DNA of 56,786 nucleotides. It comes from Octopus sinensis. Lineage: Eukaryota. Position numbers and translations under genes: made by a program. This document shows positions 1 to 11,180 of the stretch, piece by piece. The stretch covers positions 1 to 56,786 of the forward strand of contig NW_021833642.1 of NCBI RefSeq assembly GCF_006345805.1, written 5' to 3'. The notes beneath the pieces are model-generated. The model worked only from the letters and a program-made list of their open reading frames with translations. It had not been told where the DNA came from and did no database searches. Numbering within the stretch: position 1 is the first letter of the stretch; every line of letters starts with the position of its first letter.

Positions 1-2
1 CT

Positions 3-302
3 CATAAAAATTCATTTAAATACCCAGAGAATAGGAAGAAAACCAGCCTAGCAAAATATGTCTGGGAACTAAAAGAAAAGGAAGCCCCACCTTTCAACGT
101 GACATGGAGCGTTCTGGACAGGGCGGCACCATACAGGCATGGAGCTTACAAAAATAATTTCAAGTGCAGACTTTGTCTATTAGAAAAAATGTACATCTTA
201 TTCAAAGACAATAATTCTTTGAATCAAAGAAGTGAGTTAATGAACTTATGTAGGCACGCGGCTAAATTTAAAATGTCGAATATAAATATACCATATGGAT
301 AG
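3..302 (+). CDS. Penelope-like element ORF, C-terminal GIY-YIG endonuclease portion (5' end outside window)
   Basis: Open frame from base 3 to a stop at 302: HKNSFKYPENRKKTSLAKYVWELKEK...TWSVLDRAAPY...CRLCLLEKMYI...LNQRSELMNLCRHAAKF. This matches the typical PLE endonuclease tail (H..SF...T.L..Y.W.LK...C.LCL.EK..I...LN.RSEL...CRH..KF). Confidence 0.85.
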   Translation, partial: HKNSFKYPENRKKTSLAKYVWELKEKEAPPFNVTWSVLDRAAPYRHGAYKNNFKCRLCLLEKMYILFKDNNSLNQRSELMNLCRHAAKFKMSNINIPYG

Positions 303-1311
303 AATATATATTTTGTATTTTTGATTTTTGATTTTGATTTTGACTCTTGAGCGCTACGATGGATTTTGATTTTGCTTCCAAGCTATGCGGATCTTAATCC
401 GTATAGCAAAGTCTTATGTTTCTACATATATATTAGGAAAAACCTACAAACTTTGTTTTCATGTTATTGTATTGCATAGGATTACCTTGATTATTTATAT
501 TACCTTGATTATTTATAAATGACCCAAAATAGGATGTTATATTTTATTTTATATGTCTTTCGTATATATTTTTATTAATGCACCCATTTTTAAAAGCAAT
601 GTTTTTTAAAAAAAAGCAATGTTGTCAAAATTAGAATGTTTATATAAGTATGTGTATAGCAAAGCATATGTATTGTAAGCATGCGTATCTGTGTATGTGT
701 AAGTGAAAGTATGTTTGTGCTTAAGCACACATATACACGACGGTATGTATATGTATCCATTCAAACTTGTGTATGTATACTGGTCTCTATAGATGCCAAC
801 AACATCGTTACACTGCTTGTATACATAAGTCTTTTTCCCCACCCCTCCTTCATTCCTTTTTCTCTCTCTCTCCCTTTCTTTCGTTCCCCCTCCTTGCCCA
901 GTATATGAGAATTGCTACATAGATGAATTTTACACATGATTTTATGTGTATATTTAGATTCATATTCATACGTCTGTATATGTATGTATGGCGTTTACGC
1001 GCATCCTTTTGTGTATGTTGATATATATATGTAGATTTTAATATAAATATGTATTGCAGTATTTATAACAGGTTTAATTTCTATGCATTAATTTGCACTG
1101 TCTTCATTAACGTCAATAGGTTTTTTCCTCGGATTTTATAATTTTTATAATTTTTTTTTTATATATATATATACATATATTTTGACCTTTTTATTTATCG
1201 CTCGAAGATTGACCGTTTTTTCTAAAGGGCCAATCAAACAAGTCCATTTCTTTTTAAAGGTGTAGCGTTTGTAAGAGTATAGATTGAATTGATATATCAG
1301 TTCCATTCTAG

Positions 1312-1360
1312 CAAAACTGTCTGATGAACGGCAACGAGAAACTCAGAGTAACAGATTTTG
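1312..1360 (+). ncRNA. Minimal type I hammerhead-like motif (degenerate stem II base)
   Basis: CAAAACUGU-CUGAUGA-A CG GCAA CG A-GAAA-CUC A GAG-UA^ACAGAUUUUG. Stem I is CUGU/ACAG plus CAAAA/UUUUG, stem III is ACUC/GAGU, the triplet is GUA, and there is an A-A mismatch at the base of stem II. Confidence 0.6.
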
Positions 1361-1463
1361 TTGAATTTTCTGCTGCTTAAAATAAAGCATATTACTCTAC
1401 CACTGGTATTTGAGTACTCTTTTTTCCACCTTGTTTCACATTTATGTGTTTACTCCGGTATAT

Positions 1464-1501
<38 letters not shown>

Positions 1502-1678
1502 GTAATAGAAATATTAAAATTACTAAGTTAATATGGCAGTCTTATAGATATAAGACTAAAGATGTCGCTGATTAGCTCCATGAGGCCATCGCCTTAAGCT
1601 AGCTATTTGACACACAAACTGCGTCCATTATAACCTTGGAATAAGGGAGGTCAGCCGCTTCACACTGCCAGTCAGACA

Positions 1679-1721
1679 GCTACAGATGCGTTTCAGGGTA
1701 GTTGCCCTTTATCAATGCAAC
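1679..1721 (-). ncRNA. Hammerhead-like motif, U3:A8 core variant, copy 1
   Basis: Minus strand: GUUGCA-UUGAUAA-AGGG CAACUA CCCU-GAAA-C GC A-UC^UGUAGC. G16.2 is changed to A (CpG decay). Confidence 0.6.
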
Positions 1722-2036
1722 GTAGTCAGACCCAACAGGTGCCGCTACTGATCGTCTCTGTTCGAAGGCTTTATTTACCTAGTTTCGGTGGAATACATCC
1801 ACTTGTTTTCAATAATATTAAAATTACTAAGTCTCTCTAAAAGAGATTATGGCAGCGTTACTGGAAATTAATTGTTATCGCCGTATTGATGTGGCAGTCT
1901 TATACATATAAAACTAAAGCTGTCGTTGATTAGCTCCATGAGGCCATCGCCTTAAGTTATCTATTTGACACACAAACTGCGTCCAGAATAACATTGGAAC
2001 AAGGGAGGTCAGCAGCTTCACACTGCCAGTCAGACA

Positions 2037-2079
2037 GCTACAGACGCGTTTCAGGATAGTTGCCCTTTATCAATGCAGC
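2037..2079 (-). ncRNA. Hammerhead-like motif, U3:A8 core variant, copy 2
   Basis: Minus strand: GCUGCA-UUGAUAA-AGGG CAACUA UCCU-GAAA-C GC G-UC^UGUAGC. It has a 6-bp stem I, a 4-bp stem II, a palindromic ACGCGU stem III and a GUC triplet. Confidence 0.7.
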
Positions 2080-3213
2080 ATAGTCATTGTTCGAAGGTTG
2101 TAACGGCAACGAGAAACTCAGAGTAACAGATTTTGTTGAATTTTCTGCTGCTTAAAATAAAGTATATATATATATATATATATACATCTCTCTTATGATA
2201 AAAGGCAGATTTTCTCTGCCTCCCAAATCGTTCGTTTTTTATACAATTGTACAATATAGAATTTCTTCAATTGAAATTTACCTATGATTTTTCCAAGTAG
2301 ATTCCATTGGGTCATGGCATGTAAAGTTTTTTCAATTTGACCCCCAATTAAGCAAAAATTCGAGAAAACTCAATATTTTACGATTTTCCTCTCTCATTTC
2401 AAGTGCTCCACTCCTCCCATTACCACCACACTTTCTGCTACTTTCTCTTTGCAAGTGTGCAACAATTAAAGTGAAAGTATTTATATAACAGGGATGAGCA
2501 ATTAATACTGGTCATCCTTTTTGCTAGAGGAAGATCCGCTATGGTCTTATGCTACACCACTGGTTTTCAATTCATATTAATCAAATTAATATTCAATTTT
2601 TCACCATTATTATGTGTGTGTGTGTGTATTAGCAATTGTTATAAAATTGCATCAATGACTTGAACTTGAATAAGTGGTTTCACATAAATGGGGATAAATT
2701 AAAAAGGTTTGTTGTTATTATTATTACTGTTTGACTATTGTAATCATGTTTGTTGGTTCCTCGTCAGGGAAACGTTGTTGTGTTGCATTTGTTAAATAAT
2801 TGTAAACCGTAACCCTCCCCCTTTCGGAGAAGGCGCTTTGGTTATTGTTTAAAAATTGAATTGTGTCCCCTGTTTGGGGAAATTGACAATATTTTCACCG
2901 TCTTTACGGAAGCATTTTTGTTAAAATGCCTTCCATAGAAGAAAGTCCAAAAATGAATTTCGCTGCAGCCGTACACTTCTATACAAGAGGGAGGATAAGA
3001 TCCAATTGATCGAAATTGCAAGAGACGGGCCTACAATTCCAGTCTGTTATATATTTTGCGTATTGTTGTCACTAGCGATATCAAGATATAACTTTGTATT
3101 TTGTATTTTATGTGTAGATGTCTATATATAGATGTACATGTAATATGTACACATATATACATGCATAATATATCTACCCATACACACATATGTACACACA
3201 CACACATACATAG

Positions 3214-3355
3214 GGGCAAGTGTGGCTGTGTGGTAACAATCTATGTTCCGAACACACGGTCCTGGGTTCAGTCCCACTGTGTGGTGACTTGGCATGTGCC
3301 TTCTGCTGTAGCCTCAGACCAACAAAAGCCTTCTCAGTGGATTTTGTACGTATAT
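3214..3355 (+). mobile_element. tRNA-derived SINE (degenerate)
   Basis: A-box-like TGGCTGTGTGG and B-box-like GGTTCAGTCC. Homologous to the minus-strand copy at 41957-42115. Confidence 0.75.
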
Positions 3356-3469
3356 ACAGGCATACATACATATATATACTTGCATACGTACACATTCGGC
3401 ATAAACACTCTACCACTACAACTAATAACTGTTGGGAACACTTTCAAACCTGCCTTACATTCGAACTGG

Positions 3470-4270
3470 AATCTCAACGCCCGAGTTTTCCATCTGAAGT
3501 TAATCTCTCTCATGGAGCTCATACAAAAAGGGCAAGTCTTTGGGCCCATACAATGTGACATGTACACAATCGAGTGGCAAAAAAGGGGCCTTCCACATGC
3601 ACATATCCTGCTTTGGCTCTCAGCGAAGATCAATTCCAATGACATCGACAAGATAATCTCTGCAGAGCTTCCTGATCCAGCTTTAGACAAAGAACTATAC
3701 GGAATAGTTAAAGCAAACATGGTACATGGTCCATGTGGGCGTGGATTCAACATAAACACACCATGCTTGAAGGACAGCATATTTTGAAAAAGATTTCCAA
3801 GGAGGTTCCTACAAGAAACTCAGACAGGTGCTGATGGGTATCCATCATACAGACGCAAAAAACCAGAAGACGGAGGTCTCACAGCAACTATTGGACAGCA
3901 CGATATTGATAATAGATGGATTGTTCCATACTGCCCACTCCTGTCAAAGGCTTTCAATGCCCACATCAACGTTGAGTTTTGCAACTCCGTTAAATCCATC
4001 AAGTACATTTGCAAATATGTAAACAAGGGTTCTGATGCTGCAATGTTTGGACTTCAACAAGAATACTGCTAGGATGAGGTGACGCATTATCAGGTGGGAC
4101 AGTACATAAGTAGCAACGAGGCTTTCTGGCGCATCTTTGGCTTTCCAATTCACCAACAACATCCCGCCATTCAACAGCTTGCAGTGCACCTGGAAAATGG
4201 TCAAAGAGTCTACTTCACCGATGCTAATGCTTCTCTGTTGGCAGAGGAACCAAGGGATAGCACACTCACT
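3470..4270 (+). pseudogene. Helitron Rep (HUH) fragment
   Basis: ARVFHLKL...YTIEWQKRGLPHAHILLWL...IISAELPDP...MVHGPCG...GYPSYRR...DNRWIVPY...AHINVEFCNSVKSIKYICKYVNKGSD...EAFWRIFGFPIH...LAVHLENGQRVYF. Two in-frame stops (about 3785 and 4070). Confidence 0.92.
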
Positions 4271-6269
4271 GTCTGATAATGTTCCAGCGTATACTCGTCC
4301 CAAGTTCATGACGGGCTCTTCCTTGACTGTTGGAATGCTTTCTTCAGATATTCGAAACTTAAATTCTTTCTGCACTCCCTTAACAAATGTCAGACTATGC
4401 GACTATTTTGCTCTAAATCGCATCCTTGACCACCTCACAAGTTCGTCTAATCTCAAGAGGGCATTCTGTATGATTTGTTTATCTGTAGCTAGAAGTGTCA
4501 CGTCATCCATGAAGGCTTTCTTAGGCGATTGTACATGGGCAATTTGTTCCGAAAAATCTACACCTTTCAAAATCAACTCCATGACTAAGATAAACCACGT
4601 GACAGATATTGTACAGCCAGCAGCAATGCCAACCTCCAATCAGTGCCAATTTGTTGTAAAATTTCCAGTTGTAAACCTCATTTCGAAACTGTCATAGTAC
4701 ATCCTCATTATTTTGATCACTTTGTCTGGAATGTGGAAGTGATCCATGGCTCTCATTAGTAATTCGTGTGGCACTGAACCATACGCGTTAGCTAGGTCGA
4801 GCCATACCACGTTCAGACTTTTCCTGTTCTGTTTGGCGTCCTGGATTGCTTTCCAAATCGAAAAACAGTGTTCAACGCATCCAGGGATTCCGGCCTTTTG
4901 AACAGATTCATCAACATATCCGTTACTCTGTAAATATGTCACTGTTCTCTTCGACAGAATTCCCATAAAGATCTTGCCTTCCACATTCAATAAGGATATC
5001 GGCCTAAACTGTTTTATGGTCTTTGCATTGGCCTCTTTCGGCAGGTATATACCTTCTGCCTTACACCAATCCTCTACTATAGTCTCCTTGCGCCACAGTT
5101 GTCGGAGTAGGACAAAGGGCTTCTTTCGCAGACGATTGCAATACTTGTAGACTTTATATGAGATGCCATCGCCTCCTGGGGCACTCTTTGCTCTAGCTTT
5201 TCTTACGAAGTCATTCACCTCTCTCTCCCTGATGTCCCCAATCTGGAATTGGATATCAGGTCTTGAGAGATGATTTAGCCCATGTAGAAGTGGCAGCGGC
5301 TGGTTACGGCGTGGATTGCTGTAGGTTTCCTTGATATGAGCATCCAATTCTTCTTTTGTGCACGATAAAGTACCACTCTTCGGTTCAGTGAACAGCTTCT
5401 TAGTAAACCTGTATGGGTCCTTCAGAAACTGCCCCCAAGTCCTTTTACTCTTTTTGATTCTCATATCGGCGGATATGTCGTTGCACATAACGACATTTCC
5501 TTTTCAAATCGTTATACAGCAGCGCAAGGCCAGGTTTCTCATCTAGTGCAGCACATCTCTATCGCTTTCTTAGGTTGGTCTTTTCCTTCCTCAACTGCTG
5601 CATTTTCCTGATCCTCCTGCTTGGTCCACACTTTCCTTTCTCTAGTCGGATATTCTCTTTTACTCCAAATAAATCTTTTCCTATATCGTATATTGAGCTT
5701 GATAATTTACCCAGTTTCTCCACTGTAGAGCCTGTCATTTTATAAAGAGCCCGACAAACCTTGTTTTCACTTTCTCATTAGCAGCAGGCCACAAAACCCT
5801 TGGTTTCCTCTGAGTATTATCCGATGCACCAGTTTCATGACTTGTAGTTTCATCACGTGAAGAGGTCTCTGCTGTAGCATTTATCGATCCGCTGTGGTTT
5901 GAGTCCGGGGATGATTTGCCACATGTTTTACGATCTGATGATCCACACTGCTCTGTCCTCTTCTCACAAGTCTTTCCCTGATGTATCTTCAAGCCTCTCA
6001 CAGTTGCAAAGGTTCTATAGCATAGCTTGCATCCAAAGTTGTTTGCATTTCGTTCGCTGTTCGAATGAATAATCGTATTCATTTCCAAGGTCATTCCCGT
6101 GCTGACTGGGTTTGATTGATTCTTGACTTTCCCTCTCAGTCAATCGTGGGGCTGTCATTTCCATTTATTTCTGTTACAATATATTACAAAGGCGAGGATC
6201 ATAAGTTTGCCACCTCCGCCAGTCTTTCCTGGTGTCGATAGTCTTTCCTATTGTCCGCTCGTCTTTCTA

Positions 6270-6270
<1 letters not shown>
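4271..6270 (-). mobile_element. Hero-like (R2-group, RLE-type) non-LTR retrotransposon; decayed and 3' truncated
   Basis: N-terminal C2H2 finger CKLCYRTFATVRGLKIHQGKTC, then KPRVLWPAANE, FLKDPYRFTKKLF, KARAKSAPGGDGISYKVYK, FRPISLLNVEGKIF, SVQKAGIPGCVEH, WLDLANAYGSVPH, GIAAGCTIS and AFMDD. It ends at IPTVKEEPVMNLGRVYAGTLSD, with no RLE domain. The clade call is from motif recall. Confidence 0.8.

Positions 6271-6319
<49 letters not shown>
6271..6319. repeat. (TA)n microsatellite
   Basis: Direct reading. Confidence 0.95.
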
Positions 6320-6322
<3 letters not shown>

Positions 6323-6427
6323 GGGCATGCACTCTCAGCTATGCAAGCTATGCGCTGCATGTCTTCTTTGTTTCAAAGAAAATACGTCCAGTTGTTTTAG
6401 AAATATTTTGTCTCCCCTTCCCCTCTC

Positions 6428-6790
6428 TCAGTGACTTGTACTTCTGCTTTGATAAATGCTTTGAGAAGATCGCATGACACACACTCCTTCTCTGTCTGTA
6501 TTAGTTTGTCCTTCCTTCCTCTCTCTCTCTTTCTCTCTCTCTCTCTTAGTGACGATAAATTTATTGTAGCCTGTCATGCTTTGAGAAGACCGCATGACAC
6601 CCCCTCTCTCTCTCTCTTTGTTAGTTTGTCCCTCCTTCCTCTCTCTCTTAGTGACTTGTTTAAAAGATATGCTAGGAGGAATGGTCATCTATAATAGTTT
6701 GTACCCCCTTCTCTCTCAGTGATTCGACAAATTCATTGTAGCATGTCATGCTCTGAGAAGACCGCATGACACGCCTCTCTGTCTATTTGT
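6428..6790. repeat. Degenerate tandem repeats (about 100-120 bp units with CT tracts)
   Basis: GTCATGCTTTGAGAAGACCGCATGACAC-type motif near 6455-6480, 6573-6600 and 6746-6772. Confidence 0.8.
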
Positions 6791-7113
6791 TAGTGTAGAA
6801 TTGTTGCTAACCTGGTTCCACTTTTGACCGGAACAAGAGCAAGCCCATAATTCTTGAGTTAGCCAGCTGAAATGTTGGAATAGCTTGGCATGTAAGTTTG
6901 AATTTTTTTATCCAAAACATCCGTTTGCACTATTATATTTTTGGAGTGTTTTGAAAACAAAAATATAATCTATATTATATTTCTTATTTCAGAAATAGCT
7001 AATTAATCTTAAATTAATTTAACAAAGGGTATTTTTCCGTTTCGTTGAAATTGACTTACAATTTATGCCAGCGCTTCCACGTGGGTTCTTATATAAGAGC
7101 AGCCTTTTTCAAA

Positions 7114-9243
7114 ATGAGTGAAATGTGTGTTATAAACGATATTTTGAGAAGTAGTTTTTCGAAAAGAGACTTCGATGGAAAACAATTAATTATAAATGGT
7201 GGGAGACCAACACCGAATTTACCTAATTTGCGAAGCTACAACAAGAAATTCACGAGACAATTTCAGGTTAATTCGTATGAAAAGAGGAAATGGTTAACTG
7301 GAAGTGTTGCTCTTAATAAATTATTCTGTTGGCCGTGTTTACTTTTTGGCTTAGAAAAAAATGTTTGGAATGATAAAGGCTATGATGATTTAAATAATTT
7401 ACATATGGCTATGCTAAAGAACGAGCGTTCTCAAAGGCATATAAAATGTTTGATAGACCTTAAAATATTCGGAAATGTTCGCATAGACTTACAATTAGAT
7501 GCACGTAAAAATCAAAGCATACAACATCATAATGAGAAAGTTCGACGAAACAGATCCATTCTGCAACGATTGATCGATGTTGTTATTTTTTTTAGGCCTC
7601 CAGGAATTATCGTTTCGGGGTCAGTTTGAATCTGAAGGCTCTAATAATCGTGGAAATTATAAAGAACTCGTTTATTTGATCAGTAAATATGACAAAATGG
7701 AAAGTCATCTAGATATAGCTTCTATCTTCACTGGTCTGTCAAACAGAATTCAAAATGACTTGATCGAAGCAATTCATAAAGTTATGGTGAATGAGATGCA
7801 GAAGGAAATTGAGCAAGCTAAGTTTGTTTCTATTCTTGTTCATGAGACATCTGATGTCTCAGCATCTTCACAACTGTCAACAGTTTTACGTTATGTTACA
7901 GAAGACTGTGTGACGAAAGAACGATTTATCGGTTTTAGTGATATTAGTGCAGATCGATCTGCAAATGCTTTATCTGAATATGTTTTTAAATGCATTGAGA
8001 TGTGGGAATGTGGAAACAAATTGATTGCACCGACATATGATGGTGCCGCTACAATGGCAGGACAACTAAATGGGTTACAGGCAAAAGTAAGAAAGAGATA
8101 TGAATGTGCGATCTTTATTCATTGTTGTGCCCATATCCTAAATTTAGTTCTTTCACAATCATGCTTTGCTATGAGAGAATGCAAGATATTTTTTTCTACA
8201 ATAAACAGACTCGGTACATTTTTTACGAAATCACCGAAAAGGGCTAATGCATTAGATAACATTGTTAAAAAAAGATTTCTGAAAGCAACAGCAACTAGAT
8301 GGAATTACTCCTCACGTCTTATTACCACAAAGGAAAATTATAATTTCATAATCAGCCTTTTTGAACACATCATTGAAAATCCTGAAGCATGGGATGATAC
8401 CACCATAAATTCAGCAATTGGATTCTTACACACTTTAAAAGCTCCTGATTTCTTATTTTTGTTAGAAGTATTCAGTGACATTTTTTCTTTTACTGACGTT
8501 TTATTTAACATACTCCAGAGTAAAAGTCATGACATAGTGTATTGTAAAGAGCAAATAGATAAAACTAGACCTGTACTTGAAAACAAACTTGATAATTTTT
8601 CAATCTTTTATGATAGGTTGGGGGAAAATATGGAGTCGATGCAGGAATCGGAATTCAGAGATCCAAGAATATATCTATTGATCCCCAATCACATTATAGA
8701 ATGCTTTATAACAAAATTACAATAGTTGACCAAATAAAAGCACGATATTCATCCTTAGAAGAGTTTAAATTCATGGAACTTTTGAATTTCAACAAAGTTG
8801 ATGAGTATTGCAAACAATTTCCTGTGGACTCTTTAGATTCTTTAAGAACAACTTATGGCAGATTTTTTGATGTAATATGATTACAAAGTGAGCTCAATGT
8901 GATGTATTCAATGAAAGATTTAAAAAAACCAAGTGTAAGTCATTTAATGAGTTACATTAACAGCAGTGATCTTGTTGAAGCTATGCCAGAACTCTTCAAT
9001 CTGTGCAAGTTGATTTTGACAATTCCGTCTACCACTGCTTCTGTAGAGCGATCCTTTTCTGCATTAAGTAGAATTAAAACATACCAAAGAAATGCGACAG
9101 GAGAAAGAAGACTGTCTGGGTTAGCACTAATGTCAATTGAAAAAGATTTATTACAAGAATTGATGAAAAGAGAAGATTTCCATGAAAATGTGATAGATAT
9201 ATTTGCCCAGAAAGATCGAAAAATTGAATTAATTTATAAATGA
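7114..9243 (+). pseudogene. hAT transposase pseudogene (TTF-type zinc finger, DUF4371, hAT dimerisation domain)
   Basis: WLTGS...LFCWPCLLF; QELSFRG; IQNDLI; SILVHETSD (usual D replaced by H); TYDGAATMAG; HCCAHILNL; TRW; LILTIPSTTASVERSFSALSRIKTYQR...RLSGLALMSIE. Frameshifts at about 7590 (T8 run) and about 8690-8720, and a TGA at 8878. Confidence 0.92.
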
Positions 9244-10241
9244 GGTAAATAACATTTTAAAACATTAAAAAGATTAATATATTAAAGAGCATATATTACA
9301 GGTTTTGCTTAGTATTTGTTATAACGTAAGGTTCGACCTTCTTACATCAGTATTGTTTCGCAGAAGAAATGTTTCGATTTCTTCATCAAACCTAACCTAC
9401 ATAGATTTCCCTTTCTGTGTTGCTGGGTGTAGTCTATTTACGGCTGTAAATAAGTGTCTTGTTTCACTTTCAATAAGTGTCTTGTTTCAATCTCAGAGAT
9501 GTTGACTTCTGCCACAACAGTTTTGGAAGGCTTTTTACAATGTTGAATTTTCGCTGTCTTTCATTGTGTGTGTATTCATGTATATGTGTGTATTTTCAAT
9601 GTGTGTGCGTGAGACGTAGTCTTTTAATGTACGGAGTTCAGTAAGTCTCAGAACAGTCAATAATTTTCCCGGAATTGACAAGTAGCATGATAAAGCACCT
9701 GACTTGTTTTCGAGAGCGTAACGATCTAAAACCATGGACATATAATGTAACTAAATGTATTTTTTTAATTAAATCATTTCATTCGGCTCAACCAATAGGT
9801 ATAGGGGCTAATGCAGAATCGCACCTCTTTGAAAAACAAATTTTTGTGAAAATTTTTTTTTGGATTCCTACCTTTAACAGAGATTCTGAATATGCAAAAA
9901 TATTGACAGAATCCAATTTCATCTTTATTACATTTCGCTTATGATTTTTAGACTTTTCTAAGGGAGAATGAGGATGGGAAAGTACTGACGTTTCGAAGAG
10001 CAAAGAATAATACAAACAATACACTTATTTCAGGCTCATCTCTACACAGCCATTTTTTATTCCCTGTTTATTCTAGGTCATACGGGGGTGATTGCATATT
10101 CAGAATCTCTTATATGTAAATCGTAGGAATACGAAATTGTTTTACTGAAAAATTGCCGGTGGGTGGGGTGGCAATGTAATTCATTGCATGCCCACGCCGG
10201 AAGTCACTGCAAGCCACATATATTATATATATATATATATA

Positions 10242-10272
<31 letters not shown>

Positions 10273-10919
10273 CGCGAGAAAGAAGCAACAAGAATGGATA
10301 GGTTTTTAGTACAATCGTTTCATACAAGGACAGGCTTTATTAAAAGTTGCAAAAATTACAGCATATAAACGTGTCCCGTACTCATCAGCTAAAATACATG
10401 TGAGTTCTCTAGACATCCTAGTGGTTGAGGCTATACTCATGAAGTAATGTAGATAATTAAGTAACATAAACAGATTTCCAAAGTTCATTAAAGTTCTTTA
10501 AAGATGATGTACAGTCTTATCACAGAATTTAAAAAAAGTTTTAATAGCATCACAGAGAAGGTGACCTAATCCATAGTGCACATATGAATTTCCAGAGATA
10601 GGAGGGATTACATACTCACAGACGACAAATTTATCCATTGTTAATCACAACGAGGTGGGTCTCAATTCCTGCTTATTAGCATTACAGAGAGGGTGAATTA
10701 ATCCTTTGTATAGATGCACAATTTCCAATGGTGTAGATGTAAATTTCCAGAGAAATGAAGAGGAATTTCATATTCACAGGCGATAAATTTATCAATGGTT
10801 GAACACAATGAGGTAGGTATCAATTCTTGTTATATGATTAGGTATTTGCCACATTAATCACATTACTGCTATTTACAAGAGGCTGTAGCTATTTAACTTT
10901 TAAAGGCTGAAGGGCTTTC

Positions 10920-11110
10920 TAGAGAGGCAAAGAACAGAAAAGGAAGGGAAGAGAAGAAAAGAGAGAAATAAAGGAGGAGGGAGCAAAAGGGGGGGAGGGG
11001 GACTAAAAGAGAAGAGAAAAGGAAAAAGAGAATAAGAAGAAGAAAAAGAAAAAGAGAAAAGAGAAAGAAATAGGGAAAGAAGGGAAAAAAAGAAGAAGAA
11101 AAAAAGAGGG
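10920..11110. repeat. Purine-rich (GA/GAA) low-complexity tract
   Basis: Direct reading. Confidence 0.85.
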
Positions 11111-11180
11111 TTCCAGTTATACAGAAGAATTAGTAGACGGCAAGTCTGGTTTTAATTTACAGGCATCTAGGAACTAGAGG

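Larger units (their letters stand above)
1..1460 (+). mobile_element. 3' part of a Penelope-like retroelement (ORF end, 3' UTR, pLTR-like segment ending in (TA)n)
   Basis: PLE ORF end at 302, a co-oriented hammerhead-like motif at 1312-1360, then (TA)n from about 1460. The right boundary and the continuity of 303-1300 are inferred. Confidence 0.5.
1508..2100. repeat. Imperfect tandem direct repeat of about 1.7 units; spacing between hammerheads 358 bp
   Basis: About 1536-1730 recurs at about 1892-2085 (TGGCAGTCTTATA...GATTAGCTCCATGAGGCCATCGCCTTAAG...GTTGCCCTTTATCAATGCA). AATATTAAAATTACTAAGT occurs at 1510 and 1814. Confidence 0.9.
2187..4270 (+). mobile_element. Helitron remnant: 5' TC terminus and Rep domain; internally deleted and 3' truncated
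   Basis: A|TCTCTCTTATGATAAAAG 5' end at 2187, with Rep sequence from about 3470 to 4270. Confidence 0.75.
6320..10209 (+). mobile_element. hAT DNA transposon (ZMYM1-like / DUF4371 type); termini uncertain
   Basis: Contains the transposase pseudogene. Candidate left end CAGGGGCATGCA (6320-6331); candidate right ends TGCATGCCCACG (10185-10196) or ...AAGTCACTG (10209). No 8-bp TSD seen. Confidence 0.5.

Noticed and set aside
1771-1815. Second hammerhead-like motif inside the 358-nt unit (UUGAAAA...GUGGA/UCCAC...GAAACUAGGUA)
   Set aside because: Stem I and the core compete for the same bases and the base of stem II is unpaired. At most a relic.
7577-8725. Active hAT transposase hidden by sequencing errors
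   Set aside because: One frameshift is in a T8 run, but further frameshifts, a TGA at 8878 and the D-to-H change at the first acidic motif indicate real decay.
9982-10001. Minus-strand CGAAACGUCAGUAC half-hammerhead
   Set aside because: No CUGANGA with a matching stem I upstream.
6840-10217. CAAGCCCA / CAAGCCAC as the hAT 8-bp TSD
   Set aside because: Only 6 of 8 bases match and no TIR follows the left copy.
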